Part shown: positions 53,444-63,956 of the stretch, in pieces
Layout of the letters: the number at the start of each line of letters is the position of its first letter
How positions within the stretch are numbered: the first letter of the stretch is position 1
Assembly: GCA_964459385.1 (NCBI GenBank)
Contig: CAYWLG010000010.1
Span: forward strand, 2,365-66,364
From: an uncultured Anaerolinea sp.
Lineage (GTDB): Bacteria; Chloroflexota; Anaerolineae; Anaerolineales; Anaerolineaceae
Length of the DNA stretch: 64,000 nucleotides
Direction: 5' to 3'
The notes under the pieces: generated by a model
Database searches by the model: none
Seen by the model: the letters and a program-made list of their open reading frames with translations, nothing else
Told to the model about the DNA's origin: nothing
Made by a program: the position numbers and the translations under genes

Positions 53444-54580
53444 ATGAATTACCGTATATTAATCGAATTCATGGTCAAGAGGCATAAAGTGGAAGAACAG
53501 AACTACACGATCAAATTTGATAAAAACATCTTGCGTCTTTTTCAGAAGGCTTTGTTCAAAACGCATGTTAATTTTCATACCACCCGTTTTTTGCTCCAAA
53601 CCTGGCGAGATCAGAACCGGGCAGTGAAACGGCGCGCTTACTGGGGTCAGAATGGCGTACAGGTTCCCCCGCTGATGATCGTGAGCATCACGAACAAGTG
53701 CAATTTGAACTGCCTGGGATGCTATGCGCGTGCCATCCATTCTGCCTCTGAAGAAGAAATGACGGATGAGCGCTTGTTTGCGCTGGCAAATGAGGCCGAA
53801 GAACTGGGCATCTCGATCATTCTCATCGCCGGCGGTGAGCCGCTGCTGCGCCCTGTTTTCTTTGAGCTGGCCCAAAAGCACCCCCATATTCTGTTCCTTG
53901 TCTTTACCAATGGCTTATTGATCAACCAGGCAGCCCTGAAAAGGTTCTCACTGCAGCGTAACCTGATTCCGGTGATCAGTCTGGAAGGGCAGCAAATGGA
54001 GACGGATTTGCGCCGGGGCGAAGGTGTTTTCAGGCTGGTAAAAGGGAAAATGAAACTGCTGCGCGAAAAGGGCCTTTTCTTTGGCATCTCTTTGACGTTG
54101 ACCAGCCGGAACTTTGATGTGATCACCTCAACAGATTTTCAAAAAGAACTGCATCGTTTTGGCAGCCAGATCTCCTTTTTTGTAGATTACGTGCCCATCC
54201 AGCCGGAGACCGCCAATCTGGTATTAACCCCCGAACAGAAGCGGCGCGAATCTGTCTGGATGAAAGAATTGAGCGATCATATTTCCGGGTTGTTCGTCTC
54301 GCTGCCCGGAGACGAAGCGCAGTACGGCGGCTGTCTGGCTGGCGGGCGCGGGTTTATTCACGTCAACCCACGCGGAGAATTGGAGGCCTGTCCGTTTGCT
54401 CCATATTCTGATACAGACCTTTCTCATCTCAGCCTGAAAGAAGCCTTGAGTTCTGAGCTTCTCAAGGTTATTCGCCTGAACGCCAACCAGCTAACCGAAT
54501 CGCAGGGCGGCTGCACTTTATGGGAAAACCGCCAGTGGGTGCTGGATCAAATGGACGCCTTGCGTGCACAAGCAGAATGA
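53444..54580 (+). CDS. Radical SAM protein with extra C-terminal cysteines (possible auxiliary cluster)
   Basis: CNLNCLGCYA (Cx3Cx2C) and the GGEPLL glycine-rich SAM motif. C-terminal GGCLAGG...ELEACPFAP...GGC. Confidence 0.8.
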   Translation: MNYRILIEFMVKRHKVEEQNYTIKFDKNILRLFQKALFKTHVNFHTTRFLLQTWRDQNRAVKRRAYWGQNGVQVPPLMIVSITNKCNLNCLGCYARAIHSASEEEMTDERLFALANEAEELGISIILIAGGEPLLRPVFFELAQKHPHILFLVFTNGLLINQAALKRFSLQRNLIPVISLEGQQMETDLRRGEGVFRLVKGKMKLLREKGLFFGISLTLTSRNFDVITSTDFQKELHRFGSQISFFVDYVPIQPETANLVLTPEQKRRESVWMKELSDHISGLFVSLPGDEAQYGGCLAGGRGFIHVNPRGELEACPFAPYSDTDLSHLSLKEALSSELLKVIRLNANQLTESQGGCTLWENRQWVLDQMDALRAQAE

Positions 54581-54620
54581 TCGGCAGCAAGAAAAAGTCT
54601 TTATCATCAATAGTGGGATT

Positions 54621-54650
54621 AAAAAACTACTTGCACTGCAAGTAGTTTTT
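54621..54650. terminator. Bidirectional terminator between the radical SAM and HD-GYP genes
   Basis: aaaaaactacttgca-c-tgcaagtagttttt, a perfect 11-bp stem with an A-run and a T-run. Confidence 0.85.
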
Positions 54651-54666
54651 GTTTGCGAAGCATCGT

Positions 54667-57039
54667 TCAGTCTTCCAATACCCCGGTTTCCATGCACTTT
54701 TTTAGGACTTCCGGGTCAAAGTGGCTACCTGAAAGAGAGAGGATGTATTCTTTGGTCTTTTCCTTTGTCCAGGCGGGACGGTAGGGGCGATCAGAGGTGA
54801 GGGCATCCCATACATCCACGATCGCAAAAATACGCGCTGCGATGGGAATTTGTTCCCCTATGAGCCCTCTTGGGTAGCCGCTGCCGTCCCATTTTTCGTG
54901 GTGGCAATAGGGAATATCAATGGCTTTGTTCAAATATTTGATAGGCGAGATCAGTTCATAAGCGTATGTGGTGTGCTTCTTGATGATCTCCCGCTCTTCG
55001 TCACTCAACGGCCCCGGTTTGAGCAGTATGTGGTCGGGAATGCCCATCTTGCCGATATCGTGCAAAAGCGCTCCCCAACGAATGTTTGTAAGCTCTTTAC
55101 CCTTGATGCCCAGCGAAGCAGCCAGACGTACCGTCTTTTCGGTGACGCGCTGCGTGTGCCCTTCGGTCTCTTTATCGCGCAGGTCAAGGGCGCGTGACCA
55201 GCCCTCGATGGTCTCATCATATGCCAGAGTTAATTCGTGATTTGATTTTTGCAAGTCGGTGAACATGTCGAACGTATCAAGTGTGATAGAGGTCTGATAG
55301 GCCAGCGTATTGGCCATGTCACGCCAGATTTGATCTGGTTCCATTCGTGATCGATTGAAGAATTCCAACACACCCTTGACCTCGCCTTTGATGATAAGAG
55401 GGGTGGCATAGTAACTCTTGAAGTTCTCGAAAGAAATCAGCGGTGTAATGGGGTTGTTAGTGTCGGCTTGCAAATCTTGAACGAAAACAGGCTCGCGTTT
55501 ATAAGCGGCCTCTCCGGCCAGGCTTTCAAACATTTTTAGTGATGTCTTGTGAATTTCTGTCGTGAGAAAGCCTTGGCCATACTTGTATTCCAACCGACCG
55601 CTGATCGCGTCGTAAATCAAGATGGATGCGGCATCCACTTTCAGTTGATTGAGCACGTGCTTAAGAATGATCTCGAAACTGAGCTGTAAATCCATACTTG
55701 AAAGGATCACCTGATCAATTTCGCGCATCGAACGCACAAATTCAAGCTGTTGTTCAGTCTGGGAACTCAAAGTGACGCGTTGAATTGCGTTTCCGGCAAT
55801 TTCGCTGAGTGCCATCAACACTCTGATCTCGCTTTTACTCAGGGTTCGCGAAGATGGGTAACTGATCGAGATTGTGCCAAGCACTTCTCTGTTTTTGATG
55901 ATCGGTAACGTAACACCGCCAATCCCTGCCGGGAGGAAGGCACGGTGCTCCGCATCTAAATTCGGATCAAGGACGTACTCTTTTGATACATAAGGTTGTT
56001 GGGTTCGGGCAACCATGCCCACGATCCCATTTTGTATCTTCTCGGTGAGGATCTTTTTTTTCAGGTTTCGATATCCAATTGAATGTGAAAAAGTAACAAG
56101 ATTCTTTTTGTCATCGAAAATGCATATATCCCCTAATTTCGCATCGACGAGTTTAAGGGTCTCACTTAAAAAGGCTTCTAATAGTTCCTGCAGCGTGTTA
56201 GCCGGGCCAAGCGCTGCTGAAAGGGTATAGATCGATTCGAGGTATTTCAGGCGATTGTTACTTTCTTGTTCTTCAAGCATTTTTTGTGTGATGTCGTTAC
56301 CTGTGGAAACATAATGCGTGATATTTCCATCATCGCCCTTAATAGGGGTGATCGTGGTTTCTTGATAATAGATTTCACCATTTTTCTTTTTATTGGCGAT
56401 CACCTTATGCAGGGTCTTCCCCTTTATGACAGTCTGCCAGATTTTGGCATATTCATCCGCGCTGAGCAGACCAGATTTGAGGATGCGTGGCGTTTTGCCG
56501 ATCACTTCTTCTTTTGTGTAGCCGGTGATTACTTCAAATTTTGGATTTACATATTCGATAATGCCGTCTTTGTTGGTGAGGTAGACGAGCTCAGAAGATT
56601 GATCCACAACTCGACTTAACTGTTCAAATAATTCAATCTCTTTTAGATTTTTACTCACATCGCGTTTGATGGCAATAAAGGCTTTTATGCTTCCATCCCA
56701 ATCTTTAACCGGGTAGATCATTTCATGTTCCAGATAGATTTCTCCGTTTTTCCGTCGATTTCTCAGATATCCTTCCCAGGGTTCGCCATCTGCTATCTTC
56801 GCGAAGAGTCCTTTGTAGAAATTGGAAGATTGAGAACCCGTTTTAAATAATTCGCGCGGATTATGTCCGACCACATCTTCAGCTGCATACCCGGTTAACT
56901 TTGTGAAAGCTTGATTGACGAACAGAATAGTGCCCAACGGATCCGTTGCCATAATGGCATACGGGAAATTTTCTGAAGTGAGATCGAGAAAAGGAAACTG
57001 GTTGATAAAGGTTGCCTGTTTTGGCAAGATCATATCCAT
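54667..57039 (-). CDS. PAS-PAS-GAF-GAF-HD-GYP multidomain signalling protein (putative c-di-GMP phosphodiesterase)
   Basis: Two PAS modules (GTILFVNQAFTKLTGY; GIIEYVNPKFEVITGY), two GAF-like regions, and a C-terminal HD-GYP domain (ALLHDIGKMGIP, HHEKWDGSGYPRGL). Confidence 0.85.
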   Translation of the reverse strand: MDMILPKQATFINQFPFLDLTSENFPYAIMATDPLGTILFVNQAFTKLTGYAAEDVVGHNPRELFKTGSQSSNFYKGLFAKIADGEPWEGYLRNRRKNGEIYLEHEMIYPVKDWDGSIKAFIAIKRDVSKNLKEIELFEQLSRVVDQSSELVYLTNKDGIIEYVNPKFEVITGYTKEEVIGKTPRILKSGLLSADEYAKIWQTVIKGKTLHKVIANKKKNGEIYYQETTITPIKGDDGNITHYVSTGNDITQKMLEEQESNNRLKYLESIYTLSAALGPANTLQELLEAFLSETLKLVDAKLGDICIFDDKKNLVTFSHSIGYRNLKKKILTEKIQNGIVGMVARTQQPYVSKEYVLDPNLDAEHRAFLPAGIGGVTLPIIKNREVLGTISISYPSSRTLSKSEIRVLMALSEIAGNAIQRVTLSSQTEQQLEFVRSMREIDQVILSSMDLQLSFEIILKHVLNQLKVDAASILIYDAISGRLEYKYGQGFLTTEIHKTSLKMFESLAGEAAYKREPVFVQDLQADTNNPITPLISFENFKSYYATPLIIKGEVKGVLEFFNRSRMEPDQIWRDMANTLAYQTSITLDTFDMFTDLQKSNHELTLAYDETIEGWSRALDLRDKETEGHTQRVTEKTVRLAASLGIKGKELTNIRWGALLHDIGKMGIPDHILLKPGPLSDEEREIIKKHTTYAYELISPIKYLNKAIDIPYCHHEKWDGSGYPRGLIGEQIPIAARIFAIVDVWDALTSDRPYRPAWTKEKTKEYILSLSGSHFDPEVLKKCMETGVLED

Positions 57040-57281
57040 AATATTTCTCTCTGACCTGTTAAACGATCATAAAATACTTTAACTGGTAATAAAACAGTTA
57101 ATTATCATAATATTTAAGTAAAATAATTATAGCAGAAATAAGCATGGTTTCCCCTTACAAAAAAGTTGGGTGTTTTAGCTTTCTTATGCGGAAAACTCTG
57201 GTTTTGCCCGATACCAAGTGTTAAACGAAAAAGCCACTTTACAGTGACTTTTTTCTGGGATTGACATGGCAATCTTGCGAT

Positions 57282-57300
57282 TGTGCCCCCACAGAGATTC
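57282..57300 (-). repeat. 19-nt copy of the tRNA-Glu 3' end
   Basis: tgtgcccccacagagattc is identical to 57403-57421, which covers part of the T arm, the acceptor 3' strand, the discriminator and 2 nt beyond. Confidence 0.85.
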
Positions 57301-57404
57301 TCGAAGATTCCTCGATGGAGGATCTTGGTTTGTTAAACCAAAAGACCCGCTTTGAGCGAGTCAATTGATCTTTGGACGCTTCAGATTTTATACGTAAGTC
57401 TGTG

Positions 57405-57477
57405 TGCCCCCACAGAGATTCGAACTCTGGTTTTAGCCTTGAAAGGGCTGCGTCCTGGTCCCCTAGACGATGGGGGC
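57405..57477 (-). tRNA. tRNA-Glu (anticodon UUC)
   Basis: The reverse complement folds as GCCCCCA-UC-GUCUAGGGGACCAGGAC-G-CAGCC-CUUUCAA-GGCUA-AAAC-CAGAG-UUCGAAU-CUCUG-UGGGGGC-A, closely parallel to bacterial tRNA-Glu. Confidence 0.9.
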
Positions 57478-57534
57478 AACGAACGGACAGATTCTATCAG
57501 AGACCCGCGATTTGGTCAAGAAATTTGAGGAAAT

Positions 57535-58680
57535 TCATTCGGTAAATTCCCAGGGGGCATGCGGCTCGTTTGTGCCCGACAGCGCAGCCAGAATCTCTTC
57601 ACGGGCGGCTGACAGCAGATCGACGCAGGCGCGCAGCAGCCCAAAACAACCGGCGATCATCATGTCGCCATAAGGAGCGGCAAAATAAGGGTGAAGGGGC
57701 GAGCCGTTCAGCAGTCCACGCCGTGGACCGATGACGACCAAGCGGCGATCCCCCTCCTCGATTGGCAGAGCCATGTGCGAGCCAAGCCAGGCGCCGTGGC
57801 CGTGGTCTTGATAGACCCACTCATTGGTCAGGCGGCCGGCCGCAAAATCGCGCAGCAGGCCTTCCAATCGGGGCGCGTCGAAGAAGTGTGAATGATGTTC
57901 AAAAACGCCCTCAATATCTGCCCCGTTCAGGCGAAATCCCAGAATGTGCATATTACCGATGTTCACCACAATGCGCCGTTCCTGTAAATTCGCCTGTGGG
58001 TCAAGGGTGGCACCCAACACCGCAGCCGGAGCAGTATCCATTACCACGACCGGGGCATCTACACCTTTGGCGCAAGCGGCGGCAGAGCGCAGGCGCGTCA
58101 GGCTGGTGGGAATCTCCTCAGCGCGGTAGGCAAAGGCGCTCAAGCGGTTCTCTGTCAGAATACGTTTTTTGAGATAATCAAAGCGGAATTTGCGATCTGA
58201 AACCTCTGCCGGGGCGTTGCCGTGGTCGAAAACCGCCAGTGCCACGCCGTCCAGATGGGCCAGTGAAACGCCAAAAGCCGCGAACGCTGCTTGGATGGCT
58301 GCGAAGTCAAAGTCACGCATCTCAATGCGTTCGATTTCCTCCGGCAAGCTGCATGCTTCCTCTTCGCTGACGAGGATGACACCGCTCTCGGTTACAGCAT
58401 CCAGATTGTCGTCGAGGGTAGTGGCGGCCTCTGGCGTGGCGTAAACTTTGAGACCGCTTTGAAGGTGATCGGCCACTCCCCAGCCGCTAGGACCGCCGCC
58501 CATCAGGTGCCCACTCAACAGAACATCTTTGTGTGCCGCGGCGGCATGGCTCAAAGCGCGCCGGATCATTAAAGTAGGGGAGGGCAAGATCAGCTTGTAG
58601 CCGTTCTCGACCTCCACCCGTGAGTCAAACAGGAAAATATCCTGTGTGCCGGTGCCTATATCAACTGTGAGGAGTCTCAT
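57535..58680 (-). CDS. DUF1786-like ASKHA-fold (sugar kinase/Hsp70/actin-type) ATPase-family protein
   Basis: N-terminal phosphate-1 motif LLTVDIGTGTQDIF and a second Gly-rich segment HLMGGGPSGWG. The family name is from memory. Confidence 0.55.
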   Translation of the reverse strand: MRLLTVDIGTGTQDIFLFDSRVEVENGYKLILPSPTLMIRRALSHAAAAHKDVLLSGHLMGGGPSGWGVADHLQSGLKVYATPEAATTLDDNLDAVTESGVILVSEEEACSLPEEIERIEMRDFDFAAIQAAFAAFGVSLAHLDGVALAVFDHGNAPAEVSDRKFRFDYLKKRILTENRLSAFAYRAEEIPTSLTRLRSAAACAKGVDAPVVVMDTAPAAVLGATLDPQANLQERRIVVNIGNMHILGFRLNGADIEGVFEHHSHFFDAPRLEGLLRDFAAGRLTNEWVYQDHGHGAWLGSHMALPIEEGDRRLVVIGPRRGLLNGSPLHPYFAAPYGDMMIAGCFGLLRACVDLLSAAREEILAALSGTNEPHAPWEFTE

Positions 58681-59038
58681 TTTCGAGGTCTTTGCGATTC
58701 AGACCATAAACGCGTGCCAGAGGGATGACCGCCATGATGCCCGTATTGGGCAGATCCAGATCGCCGATCTGATCTTCAGTGGCTTTCAACACCTTGTCCA
58801 CCATCTCATCGTTTGAGACGATGGTGAAAAGGGTGCGGTTAAGCCTCTCTTCGTGATTGATCAAATCATCCAAGCTGGGAATGAGGGGCAGGTCTTCACG
58901 CAGGCCGCTGTTTTCTTTCATTCTTTTTAGCCCGGTGCTGGGCAAGATCGTGATACCGCTGACACCAGTCTCGTTCCAGGCGGTCAATACATCATGCAAT
59001 CTGTTGGGGTCGTGGAGGACAAAAAAGATCATGTACAT
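58661..59038 (-). CDS. PII-like small protein (beta-alpha-beta x2 with a long T-loop-like insert)
   Basis: MIFFVL (beta1), LHDVLTAWNETG (alpha1), GITILPS (beta2), a loop of about 30 aa, TLFTIVS (beta3), MVDKVLKATEDQIG (alpha2), GIMAVIPLARVYG (beta4). The fold call is inferred. Confidence 0.45.
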   Translation of the reverse strand: MYMIFFVLHDPNRLHDVLTAWNETGVSGITILPSTGLKRMKENSGLREDLPLIPSLDDLINHEERLNRTLFTIVSNDEMVDKVLKATEDQIGDLDLPNTGIMAVIPLARVYGLNRKDLENETPHS

Positions 59039-60276
59039 TATTTAATCTCCTTCTCCTGAGCCGCATCAACGGACTCAGCAGCTTGTTGGTTTTTTTCAGG
59101 CAAAGCGAAAGCAAACCTGAGCAAGGGAGGAGTGACCAAAGTAGTAAGCAGGATCATTCCAACAATGGCAGAAAAGATGTCTTCTGAAAGATAACTTGAA
59201 TCGAGGCCGATCTTGGCAATGATCAACCCCACTTCACCACGTGAGACCATGCCGATGCCGAGCTGCAAAGATTCTCGCCACGAAAATTTCGCCAGTTTGG
59301 CACCGCCACCTGCGCCAATGACCTTGCCGAGGATGGCGATAACCGTGATGCCCAAAATGATCCACAGCGTTGTCAGGCTGGTATGGCGCAGATTGACGCT
59401 CAGACCAATGCTGACAAAGAAGATGGGCACGAAGAAAGCGTAGGCTATGGCGTGCAAATTCGATTCGATGATGCTCTTCTCGGGGGTACGGGCAAACATC
59501 AAACCGGCTACGAATGTGCCGGTAATGGCCGCCATGCCGCCCAGCAGTTCAGCCGCAACGCCATAGACGAGCAGAATGACAATGGCCAGGGTAGTGACCC
59601 CCTGGCTGATCGGCAGTTTGCTGGTCTTGCGCACGAGCCAGGGCAGCACATAAATGCCGATGGCCACCGATAAGCCCAGAAAGAGAATCATCTTGACAAA
59701 AACCATGGCGATCTCGCCAAAGCTGCTGCCGCCTGAAAGGAAGGCCAGGAAGGTGGAAAGCAGCAAAATGACCAGAATATCGTCGAATACTGCCGCGCCG
59801 AGCAGAGCCAGGCCGACACGCGATTTCAATTGCTTTAGTTCGATCAACACCTGGGCTGAGATCGATACGGATGTCGCGCCCAGCGTGAGGCCGAGAAAGA
59901 GCCCGTGGTTGAAATCCATGCCGGTCAGTTCGCCGAACAAAACGCCCAGGCCCACCGGCAGCACCACCCCGAGAACACCTGCGAGCGCCGCCACGCGCGT
60001 GTTCTTTGCCAGGTCTTTGAGGTGCAATTCAAGACCGGCCAAAAACATCAGCAGCAGTACACCCAGTTCGCCGAGATCGGCAATGAAATCCTCAATGTGC
60101 ACGTTCGTGATGAACGATAAATGCGTGAGGTTTAACAAAGTTGGGCCGAGCAACAAGCCGACCAGTAGTTCACCAAACACCGATGGTTGGTGAATGCGGG
60201 TGCTTAAATACCCCGCCAGCTTGGCTGCCACGAGGATAATGATCAAAATGATCGTAAGCTGGAGAAAATCACTCAT
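59038..60276 (-). CDS. Monovalent cation:proton antiporter, CPA2 family (no fused RCK domain)
   Basis: About 12 TM helices. N-terminal [29 protein letters not shown] and AGLELH motifs typical of Kef/NapA-type carriers. Start is ATG 60276 or GTG 60288. Confidence 0.85.
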   Translation of the reverse strand: MSDFLQLTIILIIILVAAKLAGYLSTRIHQPSVFGELLVGLLLGPTLLNLTHLSFITNVHIEDFIADLGELGVLLLMFLAGLELHLKDLAKNTRVAALAGVLGVVLPVGLGVLFGELTGMDFNHGLFLGLTLGATSVSISAQVLIELKQLKSRVGLALLGAAVFDDILVILLLSTFLAFLSGGSSFGEIAMVFVKMILFLGLSVAIGIYVLPWLVRKTSKLPISQGVTTLAIVILLVYGVAAELLGGMAAITGTFVAGLMFARTPEKSIIESNLHAIAYAFFVPIFFVSIGLSVNLRHTSLTTLWIILGITVIAILGKVIGAGGGAKLAKFSWRESLQLGIGMVSRGEVGLIIAKIGLDSSYLSEDIFSAIVGMILLTTLVTPPLLRFAFALPEKNQQAAESVDAAQEKEIK

Positions 60277-60354
60277 CGGAACCACCAAATCCCTTTTTTT
60301 CAGTTTACCATACTCTTTGTCACTGCTGCAAAGAATCGAGTTAAGGTATACTGT

Positions 60355-62037
<1,683 letters not shown>

Positions 62038-62059
62038 CGGTTTTTTTACAGGAGAGAGC

Positions 62060-62467
62060 ATGTCCAAACCGATCAAGATCAATCATATTGGCATTGCCGT
62101 CAAGGATATTGACGAGTCGCTTAAATTCTGGCGCGACGCACTGGGGATTGAACTCAGCCACATCGAGGAGGTACCCAGCCAGAAAGCCAAGGTAGCCTTT
62201 TTACCGGTGGGAGAGAGCGAAGTGGAATTGGTCAACCCGACCACGGAGGATTCTGGGGTAGCCAAATTCATCGCCGAACGCGGCGGGGGGATGCATCATC
62301 TCTGCCTGGAGGTGGAAGATATCGAGGATACCATCGCCACTCTCAAAGAAAAAGGCGTGCGCATGATCGACGAAGTACCCAAAGTGCTGCCCGGCCGTAA
62401 GATGGCCTTCGTGCACCCCAAGAGCACGGGCGGGGTACTGATAGAACTCTACCAGATCACTGATTAA
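62060..62467 (+). CDS. mce: Methylmalonyl-CoA epimerase (VOC/glyoxalase fold)
   Basis: INHIGIAVKDIDESLKFW...VELVNP...GGGMHHLCLEVEDI...GGVLIELYQ. ATG 62060 is preceded by GGAGAG. Confidence 0.85.
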   Translation: MSKPIKINHIGIAVKDIDESLKFWRDALGIELSHIEEVPSQKAKVAFLPVGESEVELVNPTTEDSGVAKFIAERGGGMHHLCLEVEDIEDTIATLKEKGVRMIDEVPKVLPGRKMAFVHPKSTGGVLIELYQITD

Positions 62468-62469
62468 AA

Positions 62470-62510
62470 CAAAAAGTCCTGAAAGAAAACTTTCTTTCAG
62501 GACTTTTTTA
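62470..62510. terminator. Bidirectional terminator
   Basis: agtcctgaaagaaa / tttctttcaggact 14-bp stem with an A-run and a T-run. Confidence 0.85.
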
Positions 62511-62528
62511 CGCTTGCAGAAGAATATT

Positions 62529-63866
62529 TTAGGCTTCAGTAGCGACCATTGTCGCGTCTTCATTTCGCGCCACTTCAACGCCTCTTTCCACGTTAACGGT
62601 GGTCAAGATCCAGATACCCGCCACGAAGAAGATCACCAGTGAGGCAATGCTCATGCGTGAGTGCCCCATGATGGTGGAAACGACGCCAAAGATGGCCGGG
62701 CCAAGAATGGAAGCGAATTTTTCAAACACGCTGAAGAAACCAAAGAACTCGGCTGATTTCGCCTTTGGCACCATTTTGCCGATCAGCGAGCGGCTGAGGG
62801 CCTGGCTGCCGCCCTGAACGGTGGCCACGGCGAAACCGAGCACCCAGAACTGCCATTCCTGATACAAGAAGTATCCGGCAATCGCAATGAGAGTGTAAAC
62901 TGCCAGACTGATGTAAATGCTCTTTTTGGTGCCGATCTTGCGTGAGAGCCAGCCAAAGAAGAAGGCAAAGGGGGCGGCCACGAACTGCACCATCAAGAGG
63001 GTACCAATAAGGGTGGTCTGCCCAAAGCCCAGCTCGGTGCCGTAGGCAGTGGCCATCACGATGATGGTACCGATGCCGTTGGCGTAGACCCAGAAGGCGA
63101 GCATGGCCAGTGAAAGATCGCGGTACTTGCGAATCTCTTTGAAGGTCTGAATTAAGCGTTTGAAGCTGACGCTGATGGGGTGCTGGTTTTCTTCACCGGC
63201 CTCGATGCGGCGTTCGGGTTCTTTCACGCGCAATAACAAGGGCAGGGTAAAGCAGAACCACCAAACAGCCACCGTGACGAAGGATAGACGGGTCATCAGA
63301 CCGGCGTCCAGACCGGGCACGAGACCCGGCAGCACCATGATCATCACCAGGTTAACTGCCAGCAAAAGCCCACCGCCGATGTAGCCCATTGCATAGCCGC
63401 GTGAAGAGACCTGATCGATCTCGTCCGGACGGGCCACGTGGGGCAGCAAGGCATCGTAATACACCAGGCTGCCGGCAAAACCGACGTTGCCGAACAGGAA
63501 GAAAGTGGAAGCCAGGAACCAGTCTCCCGATTGGATGAAATAGAGCAGGGCGGTGCCGGTGACGCCCAGCATCATGAAAATGGCCAGGAATTTCTTCTTG
63601 GAGCCACGAAAATCGGCAACCGCACCTAAGATCGGACTGATAATTGCGGCAATAAGGGCAGAAATGGAGGAGGTGAACCCCCAGTAAGCGGTGGCGATGT
63701 TCGGAGCAAGATTACCGGCGGCAACAGATGAATAATAGACCGGCAAAACAGCGGCCATGATCGTAGTGGCAAAGGCTGAGTTCCCCCAGTCATACATGGT
63801 CCAGGCATTTATCGCCCGTTTATGTTGTCTTTCATCTTCTACGGGAGTGCTGATAGTGCTTTCCAT
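62529..63866 (-). CDS. MFS transporter (UMF1/Atg22-like family)
   Basis: 12 TM helices. N-terminal KRAINAWTMYDWGNSAFATTIMAAVLPVYY is typical of UMF1-type MFS proteins. Confidence 0.75.
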   Translation of the reverse strand: MESTISTPVEDERQHKRAINAWTMYDWGNSAFATTIMAAVLPVYYSSVAAGNLAPNIATAYWGFTSSISALIAAIISPILGAVADFRGSKKKFLAIFMMLGVTGTALLYFIQSGDWFLASTFFLFGNVGFAGSLVYYDALLPHVARPDEIDQVSSRGYAMGYIGGGLLLAVNLVMIMVLPGLVPGLDAGLMTRLSFVTVAVWWFCFTLPLLLRVKEPERRIEAGEENQHPISVSFKRLIQTFKEIRKYRDLSLAMLAFWVYANGIGTIIVMATAYGTELGFGQTTLIGTLLMVQFVAAPFAFFFGWLSRKIGTKKSIYISLAVYTLIAIAGYFLYQEWQFWVLGFAVATVQGGSQALSRSLIGKMVPKAKSAEFFGFFSVFEKFASILGPAIFGVVSTIMGHSRMSIASLVIFFVAGIWILTTVNVERGVEVARNEDATMVATEA

Positions 63867-63931
63867 ATAGATTCCTTTCGTGTGGGATAGTTAGATTATA
63901 CAAGAAGTACTCTGAATCATACCTATTAAAA

Positions 63932-63956
63932 AACCCCGTGAGTAGAACACGGGGTT
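63932..63956 (-). terminator. Terminator of a minus-strand gene whose 3' end enters the window at about 63981
   Basis: aaccccgtg / cacggggtt stem. On the minus strand it is followed by ttttttaat. Confidence 0.7.

Noticed and set aside
53337-53447. 36-codon ORF (MIVQVMQLIVLVHQSAYFYVANGSAIRFLFKMQHNT) overlapping the radical SAM start by ATGA, considered as a RiPP precursor
   Set aside because: It has no Shine-Dalgarno sequence, lies in an AT-rich divergent promoter region, and has no Cys/Ser/Thr-rich core or leader-like features. The longer track ORFs here (53145-53447, 53210-53440) run through the neighbouring gene start and promoter. It is kept only as a note in the radical SAM finding.
57282-57404. 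Possible second tRNA or tRNA-like gene downstream of tRNA-Glu
   Set aside because: Only the last 19 nt match tRNA-Glu. No complementary acceptor 5' strand, D arm or anticodon arm can be folded from the ~100 nt upstream, so I treat it as a repeat or att scar rather than an RNA gene.
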